Assembly (NCBI RefSeq): GCF_009914755.1 | Contig: NC_060947.1 | DNA from: the human T2T-CHM13v2.0 reference genome, Homo sapiens | Length of the DNA: 64,000 nucleotides | Reading direction: 5' to 3' (one strand) | In this document: piece by piece, positions 33,736 to 54,310 of the stretch | Layout of the letters: every line of letters starts with the position of its first letter | Numbering within the stretch: position 1 is the stretch's first letter | Made by a program: the position numbers and the translations under genes | The notes under the pieces: generated by a model | Told to the model about the DNA's origin: nothing | Database searches by the model: none | What the model saw: the letters and a program-made list of their open reading frames with translations, nothing else

Positions 33736-36700
33736 TTTAATTAATTAATTAATTAATTAATTTCTAAATATACTTTAAATTCTCCAGTACATGTACAGAA
33801 CGTGCAGGTTTCTTACATAGGTATACATGTGCCATATTGGTTTGCTACACCCATCAACTTTTCATTTACGTTAGATATTTCTGCTAATGCTATTTCTCCC
33901 CCAGCCTCCCACCCCCACAACAGACACTGTTGTGTGATGTTCCTCTCCCCGTGTCTGTGTGTTCTCATTGTTCAGTTCCCACTTATAAGTTAGAACATGT
34001 GATGTTTGGTTTTTCTCTTCTTGTGTTACTTTATGGTGAATGATGGTTTCCAGTTTCATCCATGTCCCTGCAAGGACACAAATTCATCCTTTTTTATGGC
34101 TGCTTAGTATTCCATGATGTAAATGAGCTACATTTACTTTACCCAGTCTATCATTGATGGGCATTTGGGTTGGTTCCAAGTCTTTGCTATTGTAAACAGT
34201 GCTGCAATAAACATACATGTGCATGTGTCTTTATAGTAGAAGAAATTACCACACTGTCTTCCACAATGGTTGAACTAATTGACACTCCCACCAACAGTGT
34301 AAAAGCATTCCTATTCTCCAGAAGCTCTCCAGCATTCGTTGTTTCCTGACTTTTTAATAATCGCCATTCTAACTGGCGTGAGATGGTATCTTATTGTGGT
34401 TTTCATTTGCATTTCTTTAAAGACAAGTGATAATGAACATTTTTTCATAAGTTTGTTGGCTGCATAAAGGTCTTGAGAAGTGTCTGTTCAAACCCCTCAC
34501 CCACTTTTTGATGCAGTTGTTTGTTTATTTCTTGTAAATTTGTTTAAGTTCTTTGTAGATTCTGGATATTAGCCCTTTGTCAGGTAGACAGATTGCAGAA
34601 TTTTTCTCCCATTCTGTAGGTTGCCTGTTCACTCTGATGATAGTTTATTTTGCTGTGCAGAAGATCTTTAGTTTAAATATATCCCTTTTGTCTATTTTGG
34701 CTTTTGCTGCCATTGTTTTCGTGTTTTAGTCATGAAGTCTTTTCCCATGCCTATGTCCTGAATGGTATTGCATAGCGTTTCTTCTAGGGTTTTTTATGGT
34801 TTTAGGTCTTATGTTTAAGTCTTTAATCCACCTTGAGTTAATTTTTGTAGTAGGTGTAAGAAAGGAATCCAGTTTCAGCTTTCTGCATGTGGCTAGCCAG
34901 TTTTCCCAGCACCATTTATTAAATAGGGAATCATTTCCCCATTTCTTGCTTTCATCAGGTTTGTCAAAGATCAGATGATTGTAGACGTGTGGTGTTATTT
35001 CTGAGGCCTCTGTTCTGTTTCATTGGTCTATATCTCTGTTGTGGTACCAGTGCCATGCTATTTGGATTACTCTAGCCTTGTAGTATAGTTTGAAGTCAGG
35101 TAGCATGATGCCTCCAGCTTTGTTCTTTTCGCTTAGGATTGTCTTAGCTATGTGGGCTCCTTTTTGGTTTCATATGAAGTTTACAGTAGTTTTTTCGAAT
35201 GCTGTGAAGAAAGTCAGTGGTAGCTTAATGGGGATAGCATTGAATCTATACATTACTTTGGGCACTATGGTGATTTTCACAATATTGATTCTTCCTATCC
35301 ATGAGCATGGAATGTTCTCCCATAATGTTGTGTCCTCTTTTATTTCATTGAGCAGTGGTTTGTAGTTCTCCTTAAAGAGGTCCTTCATGTGCCTTGTAAG
35401 TTGGATTCCTAGGTATTTTATTCTCTTTGTAGCAATTGTGAATGGGAGGTCACTCATAAGTTGGCTCTCTGTTTGTCTGTTCTTGGTGTATAGGAATGCT
35501 TGTGATTTTTGCACATTGATATTGTATCCTGAGACTTTGTTGAAGTTCCTTATCAGCTTAAGGAGATTTTGGGCTGAGACGATGGGGATTTCCAAATATA
35601 CAATCATGTCACCTGCAAACAGACACGATTTGACTTCCTGTCTTCCTATCTAAATACCCTTTATTTCTGTCTCTTGCCTGATTGCCCTGGCCAGAACTTC
35701 CAACACTTCATTGCATAGGAGTGGTGAGAGAGTGCATCCTTGTCTTGCGCCAGTTTTCAAAGGGAATGCTTCCAGCTTTTTCCCATTCAGTACGGTATTG
35801 GCTGTGGGTTTGTCATAAATAGCTCTCAGTATTTTTAGATACATTCCATCAATATCTACTTTATTGAGAGTTTTTAGCTCGAATGGCTGTTGAATTTTGT
35901 CAAAGGTTTTTTATGCATCTATTGAGATAATGATGTGGTTTTTGTCATTGGTTCTGCTTATGTGATGGATTATGTTTATTGATTTGCGTATGTTGAACCA
36001 GCCTTGCATCCCAGGGATGAAGCCGATTTGATCGTGGTGGATATGCTTTTTGATATACTGCTGGGTTTGGTTTGCCAGTATTTTATTGAGGATTTTTGCA
36101 TTGATGTTCATCAGTCATACTGGCCTAAAATTTTGTTGTTGTTGTGTCTCAGCCAGGTTTTGGTATCAGGATATTGCTGGCCTCATAAAATGAGTTAGAG
36201 AGAATTCCCTCTTTTTCTATTGATTGGAATAGTTTCGGAAGGAATGGTATTAGCTCCTCTTTGTACCTCTTGTATAATTTGGCTGTGAATCCGTCTGGTC
36301 CTGGACTTTTTTTGGTTGGTATGCTATTAATGCCCCAATTTCAGAACCTGTTTTTGGTCTATTGAGAGATTCGACTTCTTCCTGATTTAGTCTTAGGAGG
36401 GTGTATGTGTTGAGCAATTTATCAATTTCTTCTAGATTTTCTAGCTTATTTGTGTAGAGGTGTTTATAGTATTCTCTGATGGTAGTTTTTATTTCTGTGG
36501 GATTGATGGTCATATCCTTCTTATCATTTTTTATTGTGTCTATTTGATTCTTCTCTCTTTTCTTCTTTATTAGTCTGGCTAGTGGTCTCTCTACTTTGTT
36601 TATCTTTTCACAAAACCAGCTCCTGGATTCATTGATTTTTTTGAAGGGATTTTTGTATCTCTATCTCCTTCAATTCTTCTCTGATCTTATTTATTTCTTG

Positions 36701-39700
36701 TCTTCTACTAGCTTTTGAATTTGTTTGCTCTGGCTTCTCTAGTTCTTTTAAATGTGATGTTAAGGTGTTGATTTTAGGTCTATCCTGCTTTCTCTTGTGG
36801 GCATTTGGTGCTACAAATTTCCCACTACAAACTGCTTTAAATGTGTCCCAGAGATTCTGGTATGTTGTGTCTTTGTTCTCATTGGTTTCAAAGAACATCT
36901 TTATTTCTATATTCATTTCGTTATTTATCCAGTAGTCATTCAGGAGCAGGTTGTTCAATTTCCATGTAGTTGTGCAGTTTTGAGTGAGTTTCTTAATCGT
37001 GAGTTTTAATATGATTGCACTGTGGTCCGAAAGTTTGTTGTGATTCTTGTTCTTTTCCATTTGCTGAGGAGCACTTTACTTTCAATTATGTGGTTAATTT
37101 TAGAATAAGTGCAATGTGGTGCTGAGAAGAATCTATATTGTGTTGATTAGGAGTGGAGAGTTCTGTAGATGTCTTTTAGGTCTGCTTTGTCCAGAGCTGA
37201 TTTCAAGTCCTGGATATTATTGTTAATTTTCTATCTCATTGATCTGTCTAATATTGACAGTGGGGTATGAAAGTCTCCCACTATTATTGTGTGGAAGTCT
37301 CAGTCTCTTTGCATTTCTCTAAGAATTTGCTTTATGAATCTGAGTGCTCCTGTATTGGGTGCATACATATTTAGGATAGTTAGCTCTTATTGCTGCACTG
37401 ATCCCTTTACCATTATGTAATGCCCTTCTTTGTTTCTTTTGATCTTTGTTGGTTTATAGTCTGTTTTATCAGAGACTAGGTTTGCAACCCCAGCTTTTTT
37501 TTTTTTTTGCTTTCCTTTTCCTTGGTAAATCTTCCTCCATCACTTTATTTTGAGCCTATGTGTGTCTTTGCACATGAGATGTATCTCCTGAATACAGCAC
37601 ACCAATTGGTCTTGACTCTTTATCCAGTTTGCAAGTCTCTGTCTTTTAATTGTGTCATTTAGCCCATTTACATTTAAGGTTATTATTGTTATGTTTCAAT
37701 TTGATCCTGTCATTATGATGCTAGCTGGTTATTTTGCCCATTAGTTGATGCAATTTCTTCATAGCATCAATGGTCTTTACAATTTGGCATGTTTTTGCAT
37801 TGGCTGGTACAGGTTTTTCCTTTCCATGTTTATTGCTTCCTTCAGGAGCTCTTTTAAGGCAGGTCTGGTGGTGACAAAATGTCTCAGCATTTGCTTGTCT
37901 GTAAAGGATTTTATTTCTCCTTCACTTATGAAGCTTAGTTTGGCTGGATATGAAATTCTGGGTTGAAAATTCTTTTCTTTAAAAATGTTGAATATTGGCC
38001 CCCACTCTCTTCTGGCTAGAGATCTGCTGTTAGTCTGATGGGCTTCCCTTTGTGAGTAATCCGACCTGTCTTTGGCTGCCCTTAACATTTTTTCCTTCAT
38101 TTTAACCTTGGTGAATCTGACTACTATATGTCTTGGGATTGCACTTTTCAAGGAATATCTTTGTGGTGTTCTCTGTTTTTCCTGAATTTCAGTGTTGGCC
38201 TACCTTTCTAGGTTGGAGAAGTTCTCCTTGATAATATCCTGAAGAGTGTTTTCCCACTTGGTTCCATTCTCCTTGTCACTTTAGGTACACCAATCAAATG
38301 AAGATTTGGTCTTTTCACATAGTTTCATATTTGTTGGAGGCTTTGTTTGTTTTCACTCTTTTTTTCTCTAATCTTGTATTCTGGGTTTATTTCATCGTGT
38401 TGATCTTCAATCACTCATATCCTTACTTCCGCTTGATTGATTCAGCTATTACTACTTGTGTATGCATCATCAAGTTCTTGTGCTGCATTTTTCAGCTCCA
38501 TCAGGTCGTTTATGTTCTCTACACTGCTTATTTTAGTTAGCAATTCATCTAACCTTTTTTCAAAGGTTCTTATCTCCCTTGCATTGGGTTAGAACATACT
38601 TCTTTAGCTTTGAGGAGTTTGTTATTTCCCACCTTCTGAAGCCTACTTTGGTCAATTTGTCAAACACATTCTGCGTTCAGTTTTGTTCCCTTGATGGCAA
38701 GGAGTTGTGATTTTTCGGAGGAGAAGAGGCATTCTGGTTTTTAGAAATTTCAGCCTTTCTGCACTGGTTTCTTTCCATCTTTTTGGTTTTATCTACCTTT
38801 GGTCTTTGATGTTGGTGACCTACGGATGGGGTTTTGTTGTGGACTTCCTTTTTGTTGATGTTGATGCTATTACTTTCTGTTTGTTAGCTTTCCTTCTAAC
38901 ACTCAGGCCTCTCAGCTGCAGGTCTGTTGGAGTTTGCTGGAGGTCCACTCCAGACCCTGTTTGCCTGGGTATCACCAGCAGAGGCTGCAGAACAGCAACT
39001 ATTGCTGACTGATCCTTTCTCTGGAAGCTTTGTTTCAGAGGGCCGCCTGTCAGATGCCAGTCAGAGCTCTCCTGTATGAGGTGTGTGTCGAACACTACTG
39101 GCAGGTCTGTTTAAGTCAGGCTACATGGGTGTCAGGGACCCACTTGAAGAGGTAGTCTGTCCATTATCAGACCTCAAATGCTGTGCTAGGAGAACCACTG
39201 CTCTCTTCAGCACTGTCAGGCTGGGATATTTAAGTCTGAGAACCTATGCCTATAGCTGCTCCTTCTCTCAGGTGTTCTGTCCCAAGGAGATGGGGGATTT
39301 ATCTGTAAGTCTCTGACCGGGGCTGCTCCCTTTTGTTCAGAGATGCTATGCCCACAGAAATGGAATTTAAAGGGGCAGTTGGCCTTGCTGAGCTGTGTTG
39401 GGCTCCACCCAGTTCAAATTTCCTGGCAGGTTTGTTTACATTGTGTGCATAAAACCACCTACTCAAACCTCAGCAATGGTGGATGCCCCTTTGCCCAGCA
39501 AGCTCGAGTATCCCAGGTCAATCTCAGACTGCTATGCTAGCAGGGAGAATTTGAAGCCAATGGATCTTAGCCTAGTGGGCTCCATGGGCTTGGGACCCAC
39601 CAAGCCAGGCACCGGAGGGAATCTCCTGGTTTGCTAGTTGTGAAGACCATGGGAATAGTAGAGTATCTGGGCAGGAGTGTACCATTCCTGCCGGTACAGT

Positions 39701-39943
39701 CTCTCATGGCTTCCCTTGGCTAGGAAAGGGAAATCCTCTGACCCCTTGTTCTTCCTGGGTGAGGTGATGCCCTGCAATGCTTTGGCTTACGCTCCCTAGG
39801 CTGTACCCACTGTCCAACCAGTCCCAATGAGATGGACCAAGTGCCTCAGTGGGAAATGCAGGAATCACCCACCTTCTGTGTGGATCTCGCTGGGAGCTGC
39901 AGAACAGAGCTGTTGCTATTCAGCCATCTTGCCTGTCCTTTCC
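33736..39943 (-). mobile_element. Full-length L1PA6/7-type element, ORFs disabled
   Basis: 3'UTR, ORF2 fragments (35170-37060), ORF1 (37777-38151) and 5'UTR ending gccatcttg (YY1, 39923-39931). Degenerate TSD tcaaat(g/a)aa(t/g)ttta at 33602-33615 / 39944-39957. Confidence 0.9.
33737..33760. repeat. (TTAA)6 self-complementary microsatellite in an L1 tail
   Basis: ttaattaattaattaattaattaa. Confidence 0.9.
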
Positions 39944-41390
39944 TCAAATAAAGTTTAAAATACTTTTTTTCTAGTTCTGTGAAAAATGTATTTGGTAGAT
40001 TGATAAAAATAGCACTGAATCTATAAAGTTCTTTGGGTGATATGGACATTTTAGTGATATTGATTCTTCCTGAGTGATATTGATTCTTCCTATCTATGAG
40101 CATGGAATGTTTTTCCATTTCTTTGTATCATCTCTGCTTTCTTTAAGCAGTGGTTTAAAATTCTCATTTTAGAGACATTAATGCAGCAGCTGTATAGAAA
40201 CTTGCCTGAGAACTGCTGAGATGGTCGCAACTGCTTCCTTACACACTGGTCTACGAGTTACCTGCATTTCTGCCTACCACTGCCGCTCGGAAACATAAAC
40301 TTCCTTCCCTTTTATGGAAGCAGATGGAGAAGAAATTCTGAAAAATGTTGTCCTAGGATTTCTGTCTGAGTTGTAGAGAAGATTCCAGAAGAAGGTGGTT
40401 TTAATGCCAAAGTTCAAACTTACTTCACAGAGTCAATTAACATTTATGTACCTCCAATGTAGAAATGAATTTTGAAGTTAAGTGAATGTGAATTTTGTAT
40501 CCTGAATCTTTGCTGAAGTTGTTTATCATCTCAATCAGCTTTTGGACCAAGACTATGAGAATTTCTCGATATAAAGTTATGTCTTCTGCAAACAGTGATA
40601 GTTTGACCTTCTCTCTTCCTACTCTAATGCCTTTTATTTCATTCTCTTTTCTGATTCCACGGGCTAGGAGTTTGAATACCATGTGGAACAGAAGCAGTGA
40701 GAGTGTGCATCTTTGTCTTGTGCTAGTTTTCAAGGTAAATCCTTCCAGCTTTTCTCCATTCAGTATGATGTAGGCTGTGGGTTTCTCATAGATGGCTCTT
40801 ATTATTTTGAGGTATGTCCCTTCGATATTTAGATTATTCAGTTTTTAATATGAAAAGATGTTCAACTTTATCAAAAGCTTTTTCTGCATCTGTTGAGATA
40901 ATCATGTGGTTTTTGTCTTTAGTTTTATGTGATGAATCACATTCATTGATTTTCATCTGCTGAACCAACCTTGCATCCTAGATATAAAGCCTAGTTGATT
41001 ATGGCACACTACCATTTTGAAGTGCTAGTGGATTCAGTTTGTTAGTTGATATGGATTGGCTCTGTGTCTCCAATAAAATCTCATATCAAATTATAATCCT
41101 TATATTTGGAGGTGGGGCCTGGTTGGGGGTGATCAAATCATGGGGGCGTACATCCCCCTTTCTATTCTTATGATGGAGTTCTCCCATGATATTCTTGTTG
41201 AAAAGTGTGTAGCACCGCCCTCCCCAACTTCTGCCAGCTATGTGAAGGTGTACCTGCTTCCCCTTTGCCTTCTGCAATGCCTGTAATTTTCCTGAGGCCT
41301 CCCCAGAAATGGAAGCCTATACAGCCCACAAAATTATGAGCCAATTAAACCTCCTTTCTTTATACATTATCCAGTCTCAGATATGTCTTT

Positions 41391-41765
41391 TTTTTTAATT
41401 ATATTTTAAGTTCTAGGGTACATGTGTACAACGTGCAGGTTTGTTGCATAGGTATATACGTGCCATATTGGTTTGCTGCACCCATCAACTCATCATTTAC
41501 ATTAGGTATTTCTCCTAATGCTATCCCTCCCACAGCCCCCACCTCATGACCGGCCCCAGTGTGTGATGTTCTCTGCCCTGTGTCCAAGTGTTCTCATTGT
41601 TCAATTCCCACCTATGAGTGAGAACATGCAGTGTTTGGTTTTCTGTCCTTGTGATAGTTTGCTGAGAATGATGGTTTCCAGTTTCATCCATGTCCCTGCA
41701 AAGGACATGAACTCATCCTTTTTTATGGATGCACAGTATTCCACGGTGTATATGTGCCACATTTT
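41391..41765 (-). mobile_element. L1PA6-like 3' fragment (~375 bp) abutting the tail of the full-length L1
   Basis: Complete L1 3'UTR and the last ORF2 codons, ending ...gtgccacatttt and followed by a second T-rich tail. Confidence 0.88.
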
Positions 41766-48134
<6,369 letters not shown>

Positions 48135-48708
48135 TCAGATATGCCTTTATAGTAGTGTGAGAACAGACTAACACAAAAAATTTGTACCAGAGAAATGGGG
48201 CATGGCTATCATGAAATCAACTCTGGAACTGGGGAACAAGCAGAATTTGGAAAAATTTGAAGGCCTCAGAAGAATACGGGAAGATATGGGAAAGTTTGAA
48301 ACTTCCTAGAGAGTTGATAAATAATTTTGACCAAAATGTTGACAGTGATATGGACAGAGATGGCCAGGCTGAGGACATCTGAGATAGAGATGAGAAACTT
48401 ATTGGAAATTGGAGTTAAGTTTACTTTATGTCTTAGTAAAAAGACTTGTGTCATTCCCCGCTCTAGAGATCTAATGTTTTCATGGGCCAGGCCCATGGCC
48501 CCACTACTCTGTGCAGCCTCAGGACATAGCAACCTGTATACCAGCTGTTTCAGCTATAGCTGTTGCTAAAAAGGCCCGAGATACATCTCAGGCCACAGCT
48601 CCAGAGGGTGCAAGCTGGATGCTGTGAAGTCTTCCATGTGAAGTTAAGACTGCTGATGTGCAGATGGCAAGAGATGAGGCTTGGGAGTCTCTGCTTGGGT
48701 TTTAGAAG

Positions 48709-49149
48709 ATGTATGGAAATGCCTGGATTTACAAGCAGAAGTCTGCTGCAGGAGTAAAGCCCTCATGTAGAATTTCTACTATGGAAATGCAGAGGGGAAA
48801 TGTTGGGTTGAAGCCCAAACATAAAGTCCCCACTGGGTCTTTGCCTAGTAGAGCTGTGAGAATATCACCATCCTCTGGAACACAGAATAAGAGATTTAAC
48901 AACAGCTTGCACCATGCAGCAGGAAAAGCCATGGATGCTTATCGCCAGTTCATCAATGCAACTGCAAAAGCTATACCCTGCAGAGCCAGAAAGGCAGAGC
49001 TGTCCAAGGCTTTGGGAGCCCACTTCTTGCATCAGTGTGGCGTGGATGTGAGACATGGAGTCAAAGGAGATTATTTGGGAGCTTTAAGATTTAATGACTG
49101 CCTTGCTGGGTTTTGGACTTGCATTGGGCCTGTAACCCCTTTGCTTTGA
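48709..49149 (+). pseudogene. MaLR (MST-int) internal ORF remnant
   Basis: MYGNAW..QKSAAG...RGNVGL.P.H.VPTG.LP..AVR pattern typical of the THE1/MST internal ORF. Confidence 0.7.
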
Positions 49150-51227
49150 CCAATTTCTCCCCTTTGGAACAAGAGCGTTTACCCAATGCCTGTACCCCCA
49201 TTGTATCTCAGAAATAACTAAATTACTTTGGATTTTACAGGCTCATGGGGGGAAGGGACTTGTTTTGTCTCAAATGAGACTTTTGACTTGGACTTTTAGG
49301 TTAATGCTGAAATGAGTTAACACACTGAGGGGTTGTTGGCAAAGCACAATTGTGTATTGAAATGTGAGAAGAAAATGAGATTTGGGGGGAGCCAGGGGTA
49401 AAATAATATGGTTTGGTTCTGTGTCTCCACTCAAATCTCATGTCAAATTGTAATCCTCAATGTTGGAAGAGGGGCCAGGTAGGAAGTGATTGAATCACGG
49501 GGTAAACTTCCCCTTTTCTGTTTTTGTGACTGAGTTCTCCCAAGATCTGCTTGTTTAAAAGTGTGTAGTACCTCCCCCACCTCTCTTCTGCTGGCCATGT
49601 GAAAACATGTATGTGCTTTCCTTTTGCCTTCCCCCATGTTTGTAAGTTTCCTGTGGCCTTTCAAGGAGCAGAAGTCTGCACAGCTGGCAGAATTGTGAGT
49701 CAATTAAATTTATTTTCTTTATAGATTACCCAGTCTCAGGTATGTCTTTATAGCAGTGTGAGAATGAAATAATACACTAGTTTTTTTTTTATGATTTCTG
49801 CATCTATGTTTATGCAGAATATTGGCGTGAAGTTTTATTTGTGTGTGTGTGTGTGTCTCTGACAGGTTTTAGTTTCAGGATGAGGATGTCCTCATAGAAT
49901 CATTTTGAGGAGTCTCCCTCCTGAATTTTTTGGAATAATTTTAGTAGAAAAGGTATCAACTCTTCTTTGTACATCTCGCACAATTTGGTTATGTGTCCAT
50001 CTTGTATAATCTTTGCCTTTCATTATCTTTGTTGGATTAAAGTCTTTTTTGTCTGAAATTAGGATCGCAAACCCTGTTGCTTTTTGTTTTTTGTAATTTC
50101 TATTTGCTTGATAGATTTCTCTCCATTCCATTACTTTGAGGCTATAGGTGTCATTGCATATGAGGCTGGTAACTTAAAAGTAGCACACCGTTGGGTCTTG
50201 CTTTTGTATCCAGCTTGCCATTCTGTGCCTTTTAATTGGGGCATTTAGCCGTTAAGGCTGGTATTCATATGTGTGAATTTGATCCTCTCGTTGTGTTGTT
50301 AGCCGATTATTATTCAGACTTGTTTATGTGGTTTCTTTGCAGTGTCCCTGGTTTATATACATACATGTGATATTGTATTGGGTGGTAAAGGTGTTTCTTT
50401 TCCTTATTTCATGCTCCTTTAAAGACCTGTTGTAAGATGGGTGTGGTGGTAATAAAGTCCCTCAGCATTTGCTCGTCTAAATATAATCTTATTTCTCTTT
50501 CACTTAGGAATCTTATTTTGGCTGGATGTGAAATTCTTGGTTGGACATTTTGTTTTTTAAAAATGTTGAATATAGACCCCTAATGTCTTCTGGATTATAG
50601 AGATTCTGCTGAAAATTGTGTTGTTGGCCTGATGGCATTCCCTTTATAGATCACCTGTCCTTTCTCTCAGGCTGCCTTTAACACATTTTCTTTCATTTAG
50701 ACATTGAAAAATTTGATAATTATGTGTCTTGGGGATAATCTTCTTGTGTAGTATCTTGCCAGGGTTCTCAATATTTCCTGAATTTGAATACTGCTCTCCA
50801 TAGCAATGTTGGAAAAGATTTCATAAATATTATCCTGAAGTATGTTTTCCAATCTGTTTGCTTCCTCCTCGTCTCTTTCAGGGACACCAGTGACTTGTGG
50901 ATTTGGCCTCTTTACATAATTCTATATTTCTCAAAAGTTTTTTTCATTATTTTTAAATTTCTTTTCTTTATTTTTGTCTGTCTTATTCAGAGAGCCAGTA
51001 TTCACGTTCTCAGAGTTTTTTTTCAGCTTGGTCTGTTCTGCTGTTAATAGTTGTGGTTGCATTGTGAAATTCTTGTAGTGTGTTTTTCAGCTCTATCAGG
51101 TCAGTTAGATTCTTTTTTATAATGGCTATTTTGTCTGTCATGTCCATTATCATTTTTATTGTGATTCTTAGTTTTCTTGGATTGGGTTTTTAAATTCTCC
51201 TGAATCTCAATAATCGTCATTCCTATC

Positions 51228-51597
51228 TGATATGGTTTGGTTCTCTGTCCCCACCCAAATATCATGCTGAACTCTGATCCCCAATATTGGGGTAGAGACC
51301 TGGTAGGAGGTAACTGGATCATGGGGGTAGATATCCTCCTTGCTGTTCTCATGAGATCTGGTTGTTTCAAAGTGTGTAACACTCCCCTCTTTGCTGTCTC
51401 TCTTTCTCCTGCTAGCCATGTGAAGATGTATCGGTTTCCTCTTTGCCTTCCACTATAATTGTAAGTTTCCTGGGGCCTCCCTAGAAGAAGAAGTCTGTAC
51501 AGCCTACAGAACCATGAGGCAATTAAACACTTCTATCCTCTATAAATTACACAGTCTTAGGTAGTTCTTTATAACAGTGTGAGAATGGACTAATACA
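51228..51597 (+). mobile_element. Solo MSTA LTR
   Basis: tgatatggtttgg...gaatggactaataca. Perfect 5-bp TSD ctatc (51223-51227 / 51598-51602). Confidence 0.9.
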
Positions 51598-53199
51598 CTA
51601 TCCATGGTCTGTGTTTTATTTCTGTCATTTCAGCCAACTCAGCCCTGTTAAGAACACTTTTTGGAGAACTATTGCAGTCGTTTGGAGGACATAAGACACT
51701 GGCCATCTGAGTTGCCAGAGTTCTTGTGTTGGTTCTTTATCATCTCTTTGTGTGGGTGTTCCTTTAACTGTAGTGTAGTTTGAATACAGTCAGTAGCCTT
51801 TTTTTTTTCTGGGAATTTTCACAGGGTTGAGGCATATTGCAGCATATTTATTTATAGCTAACTTCTTGTCTTTGATTTCATAAAGGTGTATATTAGTAAA
51901 GTATTTTTGGTGTTGATGGTTTGGTGTATGATGCTTACATGTAGTGGTCAGTAAGTAGGCTCATGATCAGTTACATGGCTCCCCTATACTTCTTCAGAGT
52001 TCCATCAGTGCTCTCTCTCAATGCTCTCAAGGTGTGGCCTTCTCTCCCACTTGAGTACTCACTGTAGCTTGACACTCCTGTGCTGTCCACCATAGCTCTG
52101 GGGCAATCTCAGGGTTTCAATTCCCTGCCCAACTGGTAGGAAGAAGAAGAAGGTATCTTAGCAGTGGTTGTAGCCAAGAGTCATTCGCTTGTCTCCTGAG
52201 GCTTCACCTCAGAGAGTTGCAGAGCAGCGACTGCTCAGGGCAGTCAGGTCAAGATGGGGGTGTCACTGATGTGGGCTGAAAACAAGGCGGCCCTGCCTGG
52301 TGATGAGCAGAAAAGGTGGGTGGAACCCATGGGAGACAGAATGGCCTCCTCTGTTTGGGTATACTGCAGCTTGTTGGAGATGTGAACAAGGCAATTAGAG
52401 TCTTTGCTCCTTCACCAGTCTGAGGATAGCAAGGGTAGTACCACTGCAGAGGCAGTGGCAGAAGGGCTTTTGGTTGCCCTTGGGGGTTCCATCTCCAAGA
52501 AACGTGGAGCTGCTGCTACTGTAAGTGTTCAGCCAGGTGAGTGGGACAGCTGCACTGCTGGTGTGCACTAGTGGCTCTGCTTGTTGGAGAGCGAGATGTC
52601 AAGACCTCACATAGAGGAGAGACTGGCCTTCTCTCTATATAGTGATTTTGGTGTGCTGTAATCTCAGGTGTAGGCTTCAGGCTCCTTGTTTCTTCCCCAG
52701 ACAGAGGAAAGCAGGGTCAGGACTGCTGCTGTGCAGAGGCACAGGGGCTGTTGTTTGCCTCTGGGAGCCTCTCCCCAGGGAAACTCAGAGCCACTGCCAG
52801 TGGGCATGCTCAGCCGTGAGTGGGGCATCTGTTCTGTGTTTCTGTGCTGGGGGCTCTGCCTAGTAAAGAGTAGGGGGTGGGGGTTCCCAGGGTAGAGGGA
52901 CCAGACTCCTTTTTGTATGATGGCTGCTGTGTGCTGGAGGAACCAGCATAGCAGCTAGTCCCTTTGTTCCTTCCTCAGACCATGGGCAGTACCACCGCAA
53001 CTGCAATGGTGTAGGGGTTGTGGGTTAACTTTAGGTTTTCCCTCAGAGAGATACTGAGCTGCCTCTGATTGAAGTTATCAGACAGGGGAAAGGTGGTTGT
53101 ACTGGAGTCCCAGGTCAAGCAGCCCTGCCCAGTGAGAAGTGAGGACCAGGATATGCATAGAGGACAATCTGAAAATTTTTCCATGAGGCATCTGCTCTG

Positions 53200-54310
53200 T
53201 GATCAGGATCTGTATGAGACCCTGGTCACTGCAGACTCTCCAGAGCCCAGAGACTTCAAAGGCGGGGACTGTGAGACAACAAAGATAGCACACCACCCTT
53301 CCCACTGGGAGCTCTGTCTCAGGGAGATACAGAGAGGCTACTTGCTGGGATCCCATCTTGTCAGGAGAAACGGGATGGGAGACCCACATAAAAAAAATCT
53401 GGCTGTTTTTCTGTAGGGCTGCTGCACTATGCTAGGTGTCCACTTCGGTCTCTAGTCACCTCAGACTTTCCAGTGCCTGAAGGCAACAACAGTGAACACT
53501 GCAAAGCAATAAAGATGGTGGCCCTCCCCTCCCTCTGGGAGCTTCATCCCAGGAAAGTATGGAGCTGCTGCCAGCTGGAAAACACTGTCAGTTGCTGGCT
53601 AGAGACACCGGTCGGAAGGTCCTGCTTAGTGAAGAAAAACGGGATAAGAGACTCATGTGAAAAATCAGTCTGCCTGATTTTTGTATGGCAGCTGCATTGT
53701 GCTGAGGGTCTGTTCCTATCCCTAATTATCTGTAGACTCTCTAGAGCCTGAGGGCAACAACAGCTAAGGCTGCGAGATTGTAAAGATGGCGGCTCATCCC
53801 TCCTTCTAGGAGCTCCCTCCCAGGGAGATACAGAGCTGCCGTTCATCCAAAAACATTGGCACGAGGTGACTGAAGACCCTGGTCGGGAGGTCCCACCTAG
53901 TAAAAAGAAATGGTAGCGGGACTTTAGCAAAAAAAAAAAAAAAAAAAATTGTGGCCACTATTATGTACAGCAGCTGCACTGTTCTGGAGGTCTGCTACAT
54001 TCCCTATTCATCTCTGGACCATCTAGACCCTGAGGGGAATAACAGCTAAGTCTGTAAGAACCCCAAAATGGCGGTGTGCCCTTCTTCTGGTAACTCCATC
54101 CCAGGGAAATACAAGAGCTGCTGCTGGTCCAAAAACACTGGCAGATATGGTGGCTGGAGACCAACTTTGGGAGGTCCCACCCAGCGAGGAGAAACAGGAT
54201 CAGGAACTCATGCACAAAAACTGGCCGTTTTTCCTAGAGAAGCTGCAGCAACAGCCAACGGCAAAGACAGTGGCCCACCCCTCCCTCTGGGAGCTCCATC
54301 TCGGGGAAGG
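53200..54310 (-). repeat. Diverged tandem ~200-280 bp monomers in the old L1 5'UTR
   Basis: Motif aagatggYggc...cctccctctgggagct.catcccagggaRata recurs at ~53282, 53512, 53783, 54065, 54264. Confidence 0.8.

Noticed and set aside
53200-54310. CRISPR-like or satellite array
   Set aside because: Units are long, diverged along their whole length and lie within an L1 5'UTR; there is no repeat-spacer structure and no cas genes.
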